From: a virus
Lineage: Duplodnaviria; Caudoviricetes
Reading direction: 5' to 3' (one strand)
Virus record (IMG/VR): IMGVR_UViG_3300025296_000113
Span: 1 to 25,880 of that record
Length of the DNA: 25,880 nucleotides
Numbering within the stretch: position 1 is the first letter of the stretch; each line of letters begins with the position of its first letter. The notes beneath the pieces were generated by a model. The model was given only the letters and a program-made list of their open reading frames with translations. It was not told the DNA's origin and ran no database searches. Below, one piece after another: positions 24,884-25,880 of this stretch. Both the position numbers and the translations under genes were made by a program.

Positions 24884-25880
24884 ATGGCTATGTATATGAA
24901 TAGAGATGCTCCCGGTAGTGGTCTTGCTAGTCTTATGGCAATGCAGGGCAGGATGGGAGATACTGAACTCGTCCATATGAACCCAATGGAAGTCAAGATG
25001 TTTGATGCTATGACTCCCGGTGGAATGACACGCAATCCTGCTACAGGTGCTCCTGAAGGATTTGCTTGGTGGTTGCCTATAATTGGTGCTGCCATTGGTG
25101 GTATTGCAGGAGGAGTAAAAGGTGGTGGATTTAAGAATGTTCTAAAAGGTGCGGCTCTAGGAGGACTTGCTGGTCTTGGTGGTGCTGGCTTTATGAGTGC
25201 TACTGGTCTTGGAGGTGCAGGAGCTGGAGCTTTAGGTTCTGCATGGGGGCCATTCTCTGGTCTTCAAGGTTTATTTGGTGGTACTGGCGCTGCATCGGTA
25301 GGAGCTGGCACAGGTGGTGGTGTATATGCTCCTTGGCTAGGTGGAGCTGGTGCAACTGCTGCTTCTCCATTAGGATTAACTTCAGGTGCTGCTGCAGGCT
25401 CACAGGCGTTAAGTTCTGTTCCACATACAATGGGAATGTTTGGAGGAGTGCCTCCTCAAGCTGCCATTAGTGGCACAGCTATAACTAATCCACTTACACA
25501 GACACTTATGACATCAACTCCAACAGGTACAGGAATTGGGTTCGCTTCTCCTACAACAAGTCCAATAGCACCTACTTTTTCTACTCCTGAAGCATTAAGA
25601 GCAACTACTGCTCAACAACTGGCTAATCCACCTACACAACCTAAGTGGTTGCAACGACTTGGGCAAACACTTACAGGGCGGGGAACAGGTACAGAACCAG
25701 TTGAGGAAACTGTCTCTCCCCTATCACTAAATGCTCCTTTTGAACCACCAGTGGAAGAAACATGGCTCCAACGTAATAGGTTACCAGTTTCTGCAGGTGT
25801 CGTAGGAGCCAGTCTTCTGGCTAATCAACAACCTGATTTTACTGGTACATCCAGTCCTTTTGAAGCTGTAGCAAAAGGCG
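24884..25880 (+). CDS. putative DNA ejection/pilot protein (partial, open at window edge, at least 332 aa)
   Basis: Not in the track because it has no stop; MAMYMNRDAPGSGLASLMAMQGRMGDTELVHMNPMEV...TRNPATGAPEGFAWWLPIIGAAIGGIAGG followed by glycine-zipper segments. Confidence 0.85.
   Translation, partial: MAMYMNRDAPGSGLASLMAMQGRMGDTELVHMNPMEVKMFDAMTPGGMTRNPATGAPEGFAWWLPIIGAAIGGIAGGVKGGGFKNVLKGAALGGLAGLGGAGFMSATGLGGAGAGALGSAWGPFSGLQGLFGGTGAASVGAGTGGGVYAPWLGGAGATAASPLGLTSGAAAGSQALSSVPHTMGMFGGVPPQAAISGTAITNPLTQTLMTSTPTGTGIGFASPTTSPIAPTFSTPEALRATTAQQLANPPTQPKWLQRLGQTLTGRGTGTEPVEETVSPLSLNAPFEPPVEETWLQRNRLPVSAGVVGASLLANQQPDFTGTSSPFEAVAKG

Noticed and set aside
717-25430. All minus-strand ORFs in the track (e.g. 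2781-3476, 3963-4400, 5080-5472, 21463-21837)
   Set aside because: They lie antisense to well-supported, tightly coupled + strand genes and show no recognisable motifs; they are shadow ORFs.
6038-25470. Nested alternative-frame + ORFs (6038-6232, 8164-8478, 19568-19831, 25243-25470)
   Set aside because: Fully inside longer genes with recognisable products and lacking their own motif support. The Cys/Trp richness of 25243-25470 is the off-frame reading of GGT/GCT codons.
1-25880. tRNA, rRNA, integrase, transposase, intron or intein
   Set aside because: Intergenic gaps are short (about 100 nt or less) and no cloverleaf, recombinase, homing-endonuclease or splicing motifs were seen by eye; a covariance-model scan would be needed to exclude small RNAs.

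Overview
A 25.9-kb, single-direction (+ strand), tightly coupled virion-morphogenesis operon of a tailed dsDNA phage with podovirus-type architecture (no sheath, tube or tape-measure gene seen). Order: two accessory genes (one an ART-PolyVal-like ADP-ribosyltransferase), portal, two small membrane proteins, a helical protein, GroES-like co-chaperonin, scaffold, conserved head protein, decoration protein, major capsid protein, UUCG terminator, adaptor 1, a cluster of small mostly K/R-rich proteins carrying many xxGG motifs, adaptor 2, a Zn-ribbon-like protein, a modular tail-appendage region (fibres, two chaperones, RCC1 propeller, GT9-like glycosyltransferase, LamG/SPRY protein), nozzle, and the start of the ejection-protein block. 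Best leads: (1) accessory peptides copying the N-termini of portal (MIERNP, in a hidden 14-codon ORF or -1-frame tail of the ART gene) and of the capsid protein (RASIxKE), plus a recurrent K-x-G-G tag, suggesting a peptide-tag system for capsid cargo; (2) a 2x2 plug-and-socket pattern among tail appendage proteins; (3) a glycosyltransferase embedded among Ser/Thr-rich tail genes. All family assignments come from motif recognition by eye, not database searches.
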